In this document: positions 1 through 12,900 of the stretch, one piece after another
Numbering within the stretch: position 1 is the stretch's first letter
How the letters are laid out: each line of letters starts with the position of its first letter
Assembly (NCBI GenBank): GCA_001784175.1
Contig: MFPR01000040.1
Location: 1 to 44,954, forward strand
DNA from: Candidatus Lindowbacteria bacterium RIFCSPLOWO2_12_FULL_62_27
Lineage (GTDB): Bacteria > Lindowbacteria > 2-12-FULL-62-27
Direction of reading: 5' to 3'
Length of the DNA: 44,954 nt
Translations under genes and position numbers: made by a program
Notes under the pieces: model-generated
What the model was told of the DNA's origin: nothing
What the model saw: the letters and a program-made list of their open reading frames with translations, nothing else
Databases searched by the model: none

Positions 1-3000
1 TATTACGATCGTGTCCTCGACGCCCCCGCCTCGCACGATCACCGTCGTACGCGTGTCCACGTTCGAGCCGCGCACGATCAGGACGACCTTCGAAGATCGT
101 GGCAGCACCGTGTCGCCGCCGGCGGCTACCGCGATTGCCTTGCCTGCCGTGTCGGCGCCGTTCACGCTCACCTGCCCGCCGCTGCGCACGCTCTTGTTGC
201 CGACGGCGTCTGTCGCCGTCGCGTAGATCACATTGTCGCCCTGCGACAGAGTCACGGTCGTCGTCCATTCGCCTGTCGTCGCGCTCGCCGTCACTGTGCC
301 CTTGTCCGTGCCGTTCACGTTCACCGTTACGGTCGCGCCCAGTTCCGCAATGCCGGCCACGGTCTGCGTCGTGGCGGACACCGCAAGGTTGTCCGGGCTG
401 GTAATGCGTGGCGTCGGCGGCGCCGTCAGGTCCGCGACCACCGTCAGTTCCGCCGATACGACGTCGTTGACGGTCGGGTCCTGCGCGATCAACTTCACTT
501 TGTACGTCCCCTCCGTCGCGTAGGAGCCCGTGTCGGTCCGGCCGTTCCACGTGAAGGTGTAGGTGTCGGCGGCGCTGGGTTTGGTCACGTCCGAATCGGC
601 CCGGATCGTCCGGACGATCGAGTCGGACGAATTCAATACCTGCAGCGTCAGGAGGGCCGCCTTGGTCGTGCTGAATGACACGATTGTCTCGTCCTTCACG
701 CCGTCCCCGTTCGGGCTGATCCGCGTCTCCGTTACGGCGAAATTGACGATCTGAAGCACCGCGCTCTGCGCGCGCAACGCCGCTGTCTTGATCTCCAGAT
801 TGCCCGACAGGTCCTGCACGGTGACCTTCACGTCGTAATCGCCGTCGGCAATGCCGCTGGGGCCGGCCGTCGCCGTGTAGTCGCCCGAGCCGGCAAAGGG
901 CGGCTGGTAGACCAGGTCCTGAACTTTCGCGCCGTCTTTCTTGAACAACTCCACCCGCATGTTGCCGCCGGGCTTGGTCCGCAATTCAAAATCGAAGTTC
1001 GAGGCCAGCGCGGCGTTCGAAAACTGGCCGCTGACGCCGGTCACGGTCGCGAATTCCGTGTTCACGTCGTATACCGTGTTGACCGGGTCCGACGACGACA
1101 GCGTGACGGGCGCCGACTGGATGGTGGCGCCGGTGGCGTCCGTGCCGTTGACCTGCAGCGTCAGGCTCTGGTTGCTGATCTTCGTCTTGACGAACTGCAG
1201 CTTCGACGGTTTCGACGGGTTCACCGGCCCGAAGAGCGGCGTCATGCTTCCAAAGGCGTCCCCGGCGTTGTGGAAGAAGTTGATCCGCTCGAGGAGTTCG
1301 GAGCTTTCGACGTTTGACACGGTGACGGTGATGGTCGCGATGTCGTTGAGGTTGTCGTTGTTGGGGGAAAACGGGTTCGGCGTGACGCCGGTGATGACCA
1401 CCGTCGGCAGGATCGTGTCGAGAATGACCTGGCCCAGCTTCTGTTTCGTCTGATTCCCGCTTACGTCCGTTGCCGTGATCCAGACATCGTAGGTGTTGTC
1501 CGCCACGCCGCCGTCCCACTCGAATTTCACCTGGCCGCCGATGCGCAGCGCGCCCACCGACACCGTGTCCAGCGCGTTCTCGGGACCCGCCGCGCCCGCC
1601 GACGTGATTACGATGGTGCAGTAGGCGTTCTCCGACAAAAGAAACAGGATGTGGGCTGTGTCGTTCACGCCGTCGCCGTTGGGCGAGAAGGGATTCGGCA
1701 TGATTGAAGCGTCCGAAACGTTGGGCGAGATGATGTCGGTCGCGCCGGTGTCGTACAAGACCGTGATCGTGTCCATGGCTACGGAAACGTTTCCGGCCGA
1801 ATCGATCGCGCGCGATACGATGTAGACCACGGTCTCGCCGTACGCGCCGCTCACGCCGAGCTTGGTCCAGTTGATGTAATAGGACCACGCGGTCGTCCCG
1901 GTGGCCGTGTCAAAGGACAGCGCGCCGCCCGCGCCGCCGGTGTCCAGGCCGATTTCGACCCGCACCACGCTGGAGGTCGTGTCGCTTGATTTGCCGGACA
2001 TCGTGAAGTTCAAGTTGAACTGCTTGTTCGTGGCCGGGAACAGGATCAAGGCACTCGGCGGGGTGGTGTCGAAGGTGAATTTCCGGGTGAAGGTCCCCGA
2101 ATTGCCGGCTTTGTCCTTGCGCGTCACGCTGATCTCGTACTGGCCGTCCTCGGAGGCCGTGTCCAGGGGGTTCGACAGCGTCAGAATCACCGAATCGCCG
2201 CTCGAAGTCTGCGTGGCCGAGATCAACGCCACGCCCTTCGTCAAGGTCACGATCGACGACACGCCGTCCACGCCGGAAAAACTGTCCACCAGCGCCACCA
2301 CGAAACTGTCGATCCGTACGTTGAAGAGTTCGGCCTCGGTGATGTTGTCGGTCGTGCCGTTCCGCAGGATGTTCGCCACCAGGGGTGCGGTCGCGTCGAA
2401 GACGATGGCCGTCGTCTCCTCCGTCATCACGTTGCCGCCCTTGTCCCCCGCGCGGATGTTTACGCGGTAGACGCCGTCCGATCCGCCCGTCTTGGTCAGC
2501 GGGCTGATCAGCGTGAGGGTGGCGGCGGACACGCCGTCGTTGGTCATCGTGCCCTGCAGCACATTGCCGCCGGCGTCCAACAGTCGGATGAGAACGCTGT
2601 CAAAACTGATCCCCGCGCCCACTTCGGTGAACGTCGCCTGGATCTGCGTCACCGTGTCGGTCACTGTCGTGTCCACGGCGGTGACGGTGTCGGCGCCTGC
2701 CAAAAGCGTCGTGCGCGCCGGCGCCTGCTGGTCGAAGACGAATCCGCGGCGCTCCACTTTCTGGTTGCCGGCCGCGTCCAGGGCGGCTACGGTGATGTCG
2801 TAGGCGCCGGATGCGGGCGTCGAATCGGTGAGCCGGAAGACCAGGAGAGAATCGCCGGCGTTGCTGAGCGAGCCGCCGATGGTCTGGCCGGTCGTCAGGT
2901 TCGTCAGCGTGATGACGCTGGCGCCCAGGCTGACGCCGCCGCGGTACTTGAATCCCAGCTCGCCCGCCGTCTGGCTCGAGGAATCCGTCATCTGTACGGC

Positions 3001-3920
3001 CACGGTCTCGATCGTCGCGCCGGCGCCGAAGAGCCGGCCCTCCGAGATCGAGTCGCCGCCGCCCTGGTTGTTCACCCAGAAAAATCCGTCGATGACGCTC
3101 GGGCCTACGCTGTCCACCACAAAAGAGTCCGTCAGCGTTGTCGTGTTGCCCGCGTTGTCCTGCGCCACCACATAGATGCCGTACACGCCGTCCTTCTTGC
3201 CGTCCCCCACGACGTCCAGCACCAGGTCCATCGTGATCTGGTCGCCCGGCGTCGGGCCGTTGTTGGTCAGCGTGACGCCCTGATTGACGGCCTCGGGATT
3301 GACGAGGCGCGCGCCGCCGGTGGTCGCGTTGATGTTCAGGCCGGCGTTCTGCCCGGTTGTGCCCGGATCGACCAGCTTGACCTTGACCTTGCCGATGCCT
3401 GTCCTGACCGTCGAATCAAAACTCGAGATGATCTTCGTCGTCGCCGCCTGGCCGGGCTTTGTGTCTGATTCGACCGACAGCCAGTCCGTCGTCGTGAAGG
3501 CTGGCGGCGTGGCGTCGTAGACGAATTTGTCCGTTGTGCCGACGGCCTGCGTGTTGCCGGCGTTGTCCACGGCGGACGCCGAGATCGTGTATTCGCCCTC
3601 GCCGCCGCCCACGAGCGTGCTGTTCGGAATCCGCACCTGCCACGTGTCGAACCCGCCGCCCGATACGGAGGTGTCGATCGAGCCGCCGGCGTCCGTCGTC
3701 TTCGCCGTCGTCACCGACCCGTTCGGCGCTGTCACCTGCACGTCCACCCGAACGAGACCCCCGGTCTTGCCGGCCGGCGTGCTTCGGCCGATCACCACGA
3801 GGTTCTCCGAGGCGCTCTGCACGCTCTTGCCGTTGAACGGCTTCGCCTGGCTGCTCAGCTCCTCCTTGACCGTCGTGATCGTCGTCACGGGCGCGGCGTT
3901 GTCCAGCCGGAAAAAGACGA
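1..3920 (-). repeat. Tandem unit A2 of the giant gene (cut by the window edge)
   Basis: Begins at the 'QFVFFRLDNAAP' anchor (~3900-3925). Contains PNPFSPNGDGVND (~1660-1700), PNPFSPNNDNLND (~1345-1380) and ISPNGDGVKD (~690-720). Homologous along its length to 7745-11815. Boundaries are approximate. Confidence 0.85.
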
Positions 3921-6900
3921 ATTGATCGTCCGCACGGACCTCCAGCGACAGGCCGGTCGCGTCGCTGTCGCCGGACTTGACGCCGATCGTGTCCAGCCGC
4001 GTGAAATCGATCGGTCCGACCACGGACTGGCCGATCAGCGTTCCTGTATCTATGACGATCGTGTCCTCAAGACCGCCGCCCCGCACGATCACCGTCGTCC
4101 GCGTGTCCACGTTCGAACCGCGCACGATCAGCGCGACTTTGCTCGCGCGCGGCAGTACTGTGTCGCCGCCGGCGGACACCGCGATCGCCTTGCCCGCCGT
4201 GTCGACGCCGTTCACGCCGACCTCCCCGCCGCTCCGCACGCTCTTGTTACCGACCGCGTCCGTCGCCGTGGCGTAGACGACGTTGTCGCCCTGCACGATC
4301 CCCACGGTCGCGCTCCACGCGCCGGTCGTCGCGTTCGACGTGACGGTGGCGACGTCCGATCCGTTGACGTTGACGGTGACAAGCGCGCCGGCTTCGACCG
4401 AACCGCTGATGGTCTGGCCGGCGGCGGAAGTCGCGAGGTTGTCGGGCGTGAAAATCTGCGGGGGCGCGGGGCGCTCATTGTCGAGGGTGACGTTGCCGCT
4501 GGCGGTCAGGATCTGGCCGTTGCCGCCGTCGATGGCCGTGACTTTCCAGTAGTATGTCTTCGTCGCGTTCGGGCTTAGGATGCCGCCGGTGTCGGTCTTG
4601 CCCCGGAAGATGAACGACTTCGACGCCGGAAAGACGTTGACGGTCACGCTGTCGTTGAAGACCGCGGTCGTGTCGCTCGGGTTCGCAAAGACTTGGAACA
4701 GCACCGTCGCGCTGTCCTTCGCGCCGTCCGACGTGAACCGGATGGTCGTGAAATCGTTCTGCGCGTCGCCGTTCTCGGGGCTGATGGTCGCCGGGGTGAT
4801 CGAAACGCCGGTCAGCGAGAACGGTGTGATGTCGATCTGCACTTCACTCGAGGCCTCCGACGTCAGGCCGTGCCCGTCCACCGCGGTCACCACGATCCGG
4901 TACAACCCGTCTGGAGGCGTCGGCGCGCCGGAACCGGTCCACGTCACGAGCGAGTCGGTCACGTCGCCCGGCACGTTGACCAGCGTCGCGATCAGCGCGC
5001 CCGTCGTCTTCGCGTAGACCTCCACCCGGCTGCTCACGGCGCTCACGGTCGTGTAGCGGATCGTCGTCACGTCGTCCTGGCCCGGGGTGGCGGGCGAGGG
5101 ACTGAACGGATTCGGAATGGGCGACTGCGTCAGCGTCAGCACGGGCGGCAGAACGTCCTTGATGCCTTTTACCGTCACGCTCGTCTTGTTGCCGCTCCGG
5201 TCGGTCACTCGTATTTCAAATGAGTAGGTGTCGTCCAGCACCAGGTTGCCGTTCACATCTTTTCCGTCCCACACGATCGCGTTCTGGCCCGCGCCCTGAG
5301 TCACACCGTTGGTCGGGACCGTGTCGATGAAGGTCCCGTCGCTGGACTTGATCACCACGAGCGCGGTGTCGACGGTTTCGTTCAATACATATTTGATGGC
5401 CGCGCCGGCCGCGCCGAACACCCCGGGATCGACCACGGCGTCGCTGATCTGCGGCGCCGTCACGTCGGTGATGCCGGTGTCGTACCGGATCGTCAGCGTG
5501 TCGCTGAGCGCGCCGGTGTTGCCGGCGGCGTCCACGGCGTAGGCGACGATCTTCCAGTCGCCCAGCGTGTCGCCGAGGAGCGTGAAGTTGATGGTGCCGA
5601 TCCAGGAGGCCGCGCCGGAGGCCTGGCTGTCCTGCTTCAGCTTCGTGATCTGGCCCATGTCGGTGTCCGGAACGTAGACCCGCACGAATACCTTCGCGAC
5701 GCTGCCGGTCGTGTCGCTCGCGGCGCCGGTCACGGCGATCGGCCCGATGTTGAACTGCGTGTTTTGCGCCGGCGTCACGATCCGAGCCTGCGGCAGGTCC
5801 TTGTCGAACACGAACGTCGCGGTTTCGCTCATGTAGTTGCCTGCCGCGTCAGCCGCCGTCACCACGATCGTACAGACGCCGACCTCCGACGCAAGGTCGA
5901 GGATGTTGCCCCCGCTCAGTTGCCGGCCCAGCGTGTCGGCGCCGGCCTCAAAGACCAACGTGCCGACTTTCTGGTTGGCCGCGTTGTAGAAGGTGAGGGT
6001 CGTGGTGTCGTTGTAGCCGGTGACGTCGGTGACCCGGCCGTTCGGGCTTGTCACGGTGTCCACGAGGTCGACGCCGGCGAACACGACGCTGTCATTGTAG
6101 GCCCGTGTCGCCACGTGGACGGTCTGCAGGCCCGATCCGGTCTTTGTCACCGGGATCGTTTCGGTCACGCTCGCGCTCGAGCCGTGGACCAGCACGAAAT
6201 CCTGCAGGGTGGGTTTCACCGTGTCATAGCGGAGAATGCGCGTGTCTTCTAGAATGTTGCCGGCGCGGTCTGTCACCCGCACCCACAGGGCATAATCGCC
6301 GTCCTGCGTGCCGCCGGTCGCGCGGCCCAAGCTGAGCGAGCTCACGTCGATCTGCGCGGCGACGCCGCTCGCGTTGAGGGACAGGGTCGTGGCCGGCTCG
6401 GTGAAGGCGCTGTCGCCGTTTTCATCCCAGATCCATTTGAGTTCCGGCGGCGTGTCGGAGCTGACGCCCGTGACCGTGTCGCCCACCCGGACGGTGATGC
6501 TGTCCAAGCGGTTCATCTTCGCGCCGGTGTCGGGCGAGATCGTGAAGAACGGCAGTTGCGCATCATATTTGAACGTCCGTTTCTCCGTCCGCTGGTTGCC
6601 CGACTGGTCAAAGGCCGTCACCTGCACCTCGAGGTCGCCGCTGATCGGGGTCGAGTCGGTCAGCCAGAAAATCACCAGCGAATCGCCGGCGCTGCTCACC
6701 ACGCCCGATACGCTCTGGCCCGTGGTCTTGTTCGTCGCGCTGATGGAACTGCCGGAGAGGTTGACGCCGCCGTTGAATTTGAAACCGAGGTCGGTCGTGA
6801 CCTGGCTCGACGAATCGGTGATCTGGACGACGATCGAGTCGATGACCTGCGTCGCGCCGAAAATCTGGCCCTCCGAGATGGTCGCGCCGCTGCCGCGCTC

Positions 6901-9900
6901 GTTCAGGTAAAAATTGCTCCCGACCACGGTCGGGCCCACGCTGTCGATCACGAAGGAGTCCCGCAGGGTCGCCGTGTTGCCCGCGTTGTCCGACACCACC
7001 ACCTGCACGCCGTAGACGCCGTCCTTCTTGCCGTCGCCCGCCACGTCGAACACCAGGTCCAGCGTGACTTCGTCGCCCGGCGTCGGGCCGTTGTTGCTCC
7101 GCACGATGCCGACGTTCGCGCCGGCCGGATCGATCAGACGCGCGCCGCTCGTCGTCGTGTTGATGTCGACGCCCGCGTTGTTCTGAGTCGTCACGGGCGG
7201 CGCGGGGTCGGCGAATTTCAGCTTCACCTTGCCCACGGCCGTGCGGACGGACGTGTCAAAACTCGTCAGCGTTTTTGAGCCGGCGGCCGTGTCGAGCACC
7301 ACGATCGCGGCGGTCGAGGCGAAGGCGGGGGCGGTCTGGTCCAGCGTGAAGGTGGACACGGTGGAACTGTCCAGGTTTCCGGCGTTGTCAATCGCCACCG
7401 CCACCACCTGATAATCTCCGTCGCCGCCCGCCACCAGCGTCGAGTTCAAAATCCGCGCTACCCATGTGTCAAACACCGCGCCCGCGTTCGTGTCCGGATT
7501 GTTGATCCCCGGAAACTCCGTCGTCTTCACCGTCACCGTCGTCTTGTTCGGCAGGGTCACCGTCACGTCGAGCCGGGCCAGCCCCCCCGTCACGCCGGCC
7601 GGATTGCTCCGGCCGATCACGAGGACGTCCTCCGTCGCGTCCAGCGTGCTCTTGCCGTTGAAGGGACTCACCTGGCCCGACGCCTCCTCCCGGATCGTCG
7701 TGATGCTCGGTTTCGGCGCCACATTGTCCAGCCGGAAAAATACGTATTGATCCTCTGCGCGCACCTCCACCTGCAGGCCGCTGGCGTCGCTGTCGCCTGA
7801 CTTCACCACAATCGTGTCCAGCCGCGAGAACTCGACGGTCCCCACCACTCGCTGGCCGATCGTCGTCCCCGTGTCGAGCACGATCGTGTCCTCCTGAGCG
7901 CCGCCCTTCACCACGACCACGGTCCGCGTGTCCACGGTCGACGCGCGCACGATCAGCACGACCTTGCTCGCGCGCGGCAGAACCGTGTCCGCGCCCGATT
8001 CGAGACCGATCCCCACGCCTACGGTGTCGCTCACACCCGCCAGATTCACCTGCCGGCCGCTCCGGACGCTCTTGTTGCCTACCGCGTCCGTCGCGGTCGC
8101 ATAGATCACGTTGTCCCCCTGCGCGTTCGACACCGTCGCGCTCCATAACCCGGTCGACGCGTTCGCCGTCACGGTCCCCACGTCCGTCCCGTTCAGGTTC
8201 AGCGTCACGCTCGCGCCCGGATCCGCCGATCCGCTCACCGCCTGATTCGCCACGGACACCGCCAGATTGTCGGACGTGAAAATTTGCGGAGGCGCCGGCT
8301 TCGTAAAATCAACCACGATCGTGGTGTCGGACGTCACCACGTCGTTCAGCGTCGGATCCAGCGCGCTCAGCTTCGCCCGGTACGTTCCTTCCGTCACCAC
8401 AAGGCCGGCATCGCTCTTGCCGTTCCACGTAAACGCGTACGGCCCCGCCGCGCTTGGCTGGGTGGCGAGGGTGTCGGATTTCAGCGTGCGGACCACGGAA
8501 TCGGCCGCATTGAGGATCTGGAGCGTCAGGAGCGCCGGTTTCGTCGTCGTAAACGATATGATCGATTCGTCCTTGATGAAATCGCCGTTCGGGCTGATCC
8601 GGCCTTCCGTGACGGCGAAAAAGTTGATCTGCAGCCGGGACGAGGCGGCCGTCACATCGGCCTTCTCCACGGTCACGTTCCCGCTGTTGTCCTGCGCACG
8701 CACCACCAGCACGTAGACCCCGTCCGACAGCGTGGTGGAGCCTTGCGGGAAGGTCACAAAATACGTTCCGTCGCCTTTGAAGACGGGACTGAACGTCAGA
8801 TTGTCCTGTCCGGAAATTACATTTCCGGACGGATCCTCCGCGCGGACGGTCACGGCGCCTTCCGATGAAAACACGATGATGGGAATGCCGGTTTTGCCGT
8901 CCCAGGCGGTCTGGCTGGCGCCCGTGACGGACGCGACGGAGATGGCGTCGATTTTGGAGAATTTCTGGCTCGTCGAAATCGTGCCGTTCGCCGGCAGGGA
9001 CACCGTCGGGTTGATGCTGTTGCCGTTTTCATCAATGCCGACCACCTGGATGTTCACATCTCCGTTGGCGGGCATCTGCCCGGACCCTACAAAAAAGACG
9101 CGGGCCGGCGAAACCAGCGTCCGGGGCAGGGTGAAATTGCCGGTGGTTCCGAGGTTGGTCGAACCTTGCTGGGTGGCCAGATCGGACACGGACAGCGTTC
9201 CGATATCCTCGCCCTGGACGCCGGCGACGGAAAACGTCATGGTGGTCGCGTCGTTGATGTTGTCGTTGTTGGGCGAAAACGGGCTGGGCGAAATGCTCGT
9301 GATGGTCACGACGGGCAGAATCGTGTCGAGCCGGATCCGGCCCAGTTTTTGCGTGATCTGATTGCGGCTCGCGTCCACCGTCACGATCCAGATGTCATAC
9401 GTGTTGTCGAGCAGCCCGCCGTCCCAGGAGAACTTGACCAGGCCCGCGGATTTGGACACGTTGACGGCAATCGTATCGAGGGCGTTTTTGAGGTCGGTGG
9501 AGAGCGTGCTCAGGACCAGCAGGGTGCAGGAGGCGTTTTCGGACAGGACAAAGACAATATCCGCGGTGTCGTTGACGCCGTCGCCGTTCGGAGAGAACGG
9601 GTTGGGGGTAATGGAGACATTCGACACATAGGGAGGCGTGATGTCCGAGGCGCCGGTGTCGTAGAAGATCGTGAGGGTGTCGGCGGGAACCTCCGCATTG
9701 CCGGCCGCATCGACCGCACGGGTGACAAGGATGACAAAGGTTTCTCCGTATTGCGACTTCACGCCCAGTTTGGACCAGTCGATGAAGTACGACCAGTTCT
9801 GCGCGCCGGTGGCGGTGTCAAACTGCAGGACACCGCCGGCGCCGCCCGTATCAAACCCGATTTCGACCCGGCTGATCGATGAGGTCGTGTCCCGCGCGGT

Positions 9901-12900
9901 TCCCGAAATGGTGATGTTGGAGTTGAATTTCTGGTTGCTCGATGGATAGACGAACGCGGAGGAAGGCGCGGTCGTGTCAAACGTGAATGTGCGCGTGAAG
10001 GTGCCGGAATTGCCGGCGCGGTCCTTCCGCGTGATGCTGAGGATATAGGGGCCGTCCTCGGGGGTGGTGTCCAGCGGGTTGCTCAACGCCAGGATCACGG
10101 AATCGCCGGCCGTCGTCTGCGTGGCCGTGAGCGTCGTCACGCCTTTCGTGAGCGTCACGATGGCCGACAGGCCGTCCACGCCGGAAAAACTGTCGACGAG
10201 CTGGACGACAAAACTGTCCACCCGGACGTTCAGGATCCGGCTGTCCGTGATGTCGTCCGGCTGGCCGTTGCGCAGAATGCTTAAAACCGCCGGCGGCGTC
10301 ACGTCGTACATGATCGTCGTCGTCTCCTCCGTCATCACGTTGTTCGCCTGGTCGGCGGCCCGGATGTTCACGCGGTAAATGCCGTCCGAGCCGCCGGTTT
10401 TCGAAAGCGTGGTGACCAGCGTGAGGGTCGCGGCGGACACGCCGTCGTTGGACATCGTGCCCTGCAGGGCGTTGTTGTTCGCGTCAACCAGCCGGATCAC
10501 CACGCTGTCGAAACTCAGGCCGGAACCGACTTCGGTGAAGGTCACTTTCACCGCCGACACCGTGTCCGTCACGATGGTGTCCGAAACGGTGACCGTCTCC
10601 GATCCCACGATCAGGGCGGTCCGGGACGGCGCCTGCTGGTCGAAGGTGAAGCCTCGCTTTTCCGTCTTCTGATTGCCGGCCAGATCGAACGCGGCCACCA
10701 GAATCTCGTAGACGCCGGAGGCGGGGGTCGAATCGGCCAATTGGAAAATCAAGAGCGAATCGGTCACGCTCGACAGCGTCCCGCCGGCGCTCTGGTTCGT
10801 CGTCTTGTTCGTCAGCGTGATCAAACTGGCGGCCAGACTCACGCCGCCGCGGTATTTGAATCCCAGATCGCCCGCCACCTGGCTCGACGAATCGGTGAGC
10901 TGGACCGCGATTGTCTCGATCGTCGCGCCCGGGCCGAACAGCCGGCCCTCCGCGATCGAGTCGCCGCCGCCCTGGTTGTTCACCCAGAAAAACCCGCCAA
11001 CCACGCTCGGTCCCACGCTGTCCACCACAAACGAGTCCGTCAGCGTCGTCGTGTTCCCCGCGTTGTCTTGCGCCACGACGTACACGCCGTACACGCCGTC
11101 CTTGCGGCCGTCGCCCGCTACGTCGAACACCAGGTCCATCGTCACTTCGTCCACCGCGTTGTTGCTCAAGGTCGATCCGATGTTCGACCCCGCCGGGTCC
11201 ACCAGCCGGGCGCCGGTCGTCGTCGCGCTGATACTGAGCTGCGAAACCTGCACGGTGCCCGGGTCCGTCATCTTCACCTTGACCTTCCCGACCCCCGTCC
11301 GCACGGTCGTGTCAAAGCTGGAGAGGGTCTTGGACGGGATGGCGCCGACCCCCGTGTCCGCCGTGACGTCGATCGCCCCCACGCTGACGAAGGCCGGCGG
11401 GGTGGCGTCATAAATGAATTTGTCCGAGGCCGGGAGCGGCTGCGTGTTGCCTGCGTTGTCCACGGCCGCGGCGGTGATCGTGTATTCCCCCTCGCCGCCG
11501 CCTTGCAGCGTGCTGTTCGGAATCCGGACCTGCCACGTGTCGTAGCCGCCGCCGGAGACGCTGGTGTCGATGGACCCGCCCGCGTCTGTCGTCTTGACGG
11601 TCGTCACCGATCCGTTCGGCGCGGTCACGGTCACGTCGACGCGCACGAGGCCGCCGGTCTTGCCGGCCGGAGTGCTCCGGCCAAGAACGAGTATGTTTTC
11701 AGACGCGCTCTGCACGCTCTTGGCGTTGAACGGCCGGACTTGCCCGGAGAGTTCCTCTTTCTGCGTCGTGATCGTCGTCACGGGCGCGGCGTTGTCCAGC
11801 CGGAAAAAGACGAATTGATCGTCCGCGCGGACCTCCAGCGAAAGACCGGTCGCGTCGCTGTCGCCGGACTTGACGCCGATCGTGTCCAGCCGCGTGAAAT
11901 CGACCGATCCGACCACCGACTGGCCGATCAGCGTTCCTGTATCTATGACGATCGTGTCCTCGACGCCCCCGCCTCGCACGATCACGGTCGTCCGCGTGTC
12001 CACGTTCGAACCGCGCACGATCAGAACGACTTTCGAAGCACGCGGCAGCACCGTGTCCCCGTTCGATTCGATGCCGATCTGCACGCCCGTGTCGCTCACG
12101 CCTGCCATGCTCACCTGCCGGCCGCTCCGAACGCTCCGGTTTCCGACCGTGTCCACCGTTATTCCATATATAATGTTGTCCCCCTGGGACAGGCTCACGG
12201 TCGCCGTCCACAGGCCGTTGATCAGGTTCGCTGTCACTGTGCCCGCGTCCACGCCGTTTACGTTCAGAACCACCTGCGACCCCGGCTCCGCCTGGCCGGT
12301 CACCGTCTGGAGTCCCGCCGACACCGCCGCGTTGTCCGACGTGAAAATCTGCGGCGCGGCCGGACGCAGGTTGTCGATCTCCACGCTGCCGCCGGCCGTC
12401 AGGACATGCCCGTTGCCGTCCACCGCCGTGACTTTCCAGTAATGGGTCTTCGTCGCCTTCACGCTCAAAACCGCGCCGGTGTCGGTCTTGCCCCGGAACG
12501 TGAACGTCTTGACGGCCGGAAAGACGTTGACGGTCACGCTGTCGTTGAATACCGCGATCGTGTCGCTCGGGTTCGCGAATACCTGGAACCGGATCGTCGC
12601 GCTGTCCTTTGCGCCGTTCGCCGTGAAGCTGATGATCGAAAAATCGCTCAGGCCGTCCGCGTTCTCCGGGCTGATCACCGTCGGGCTGATCGCGACGCCC
12701 GTCAGTGTGAACGGCGTGCGGTCGATCTCCACTTCGCTCGATACCTCCGACGTCAGGCCATGCCCGTCCACGGCGGTCACCACCAGCCGGTACAGACCGT
12801 CCGACTGGCCGCTGCCGTCCCATACGACCTGCGTGTCCGTCGCGTCACCCGACACCGTCGCGCCCGTGATGCCTGCCGGCACGAGCGTCGCCACGAGTAT

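Noticed and set aside
3871-11961. Near-identical repeat pair as a diversity-generating retroelement TR/VR
   Set aside because: The six mismatches are not adenine-specific, both copies are in-frame coding sequence, and no reverse transcriptase is present in the window.
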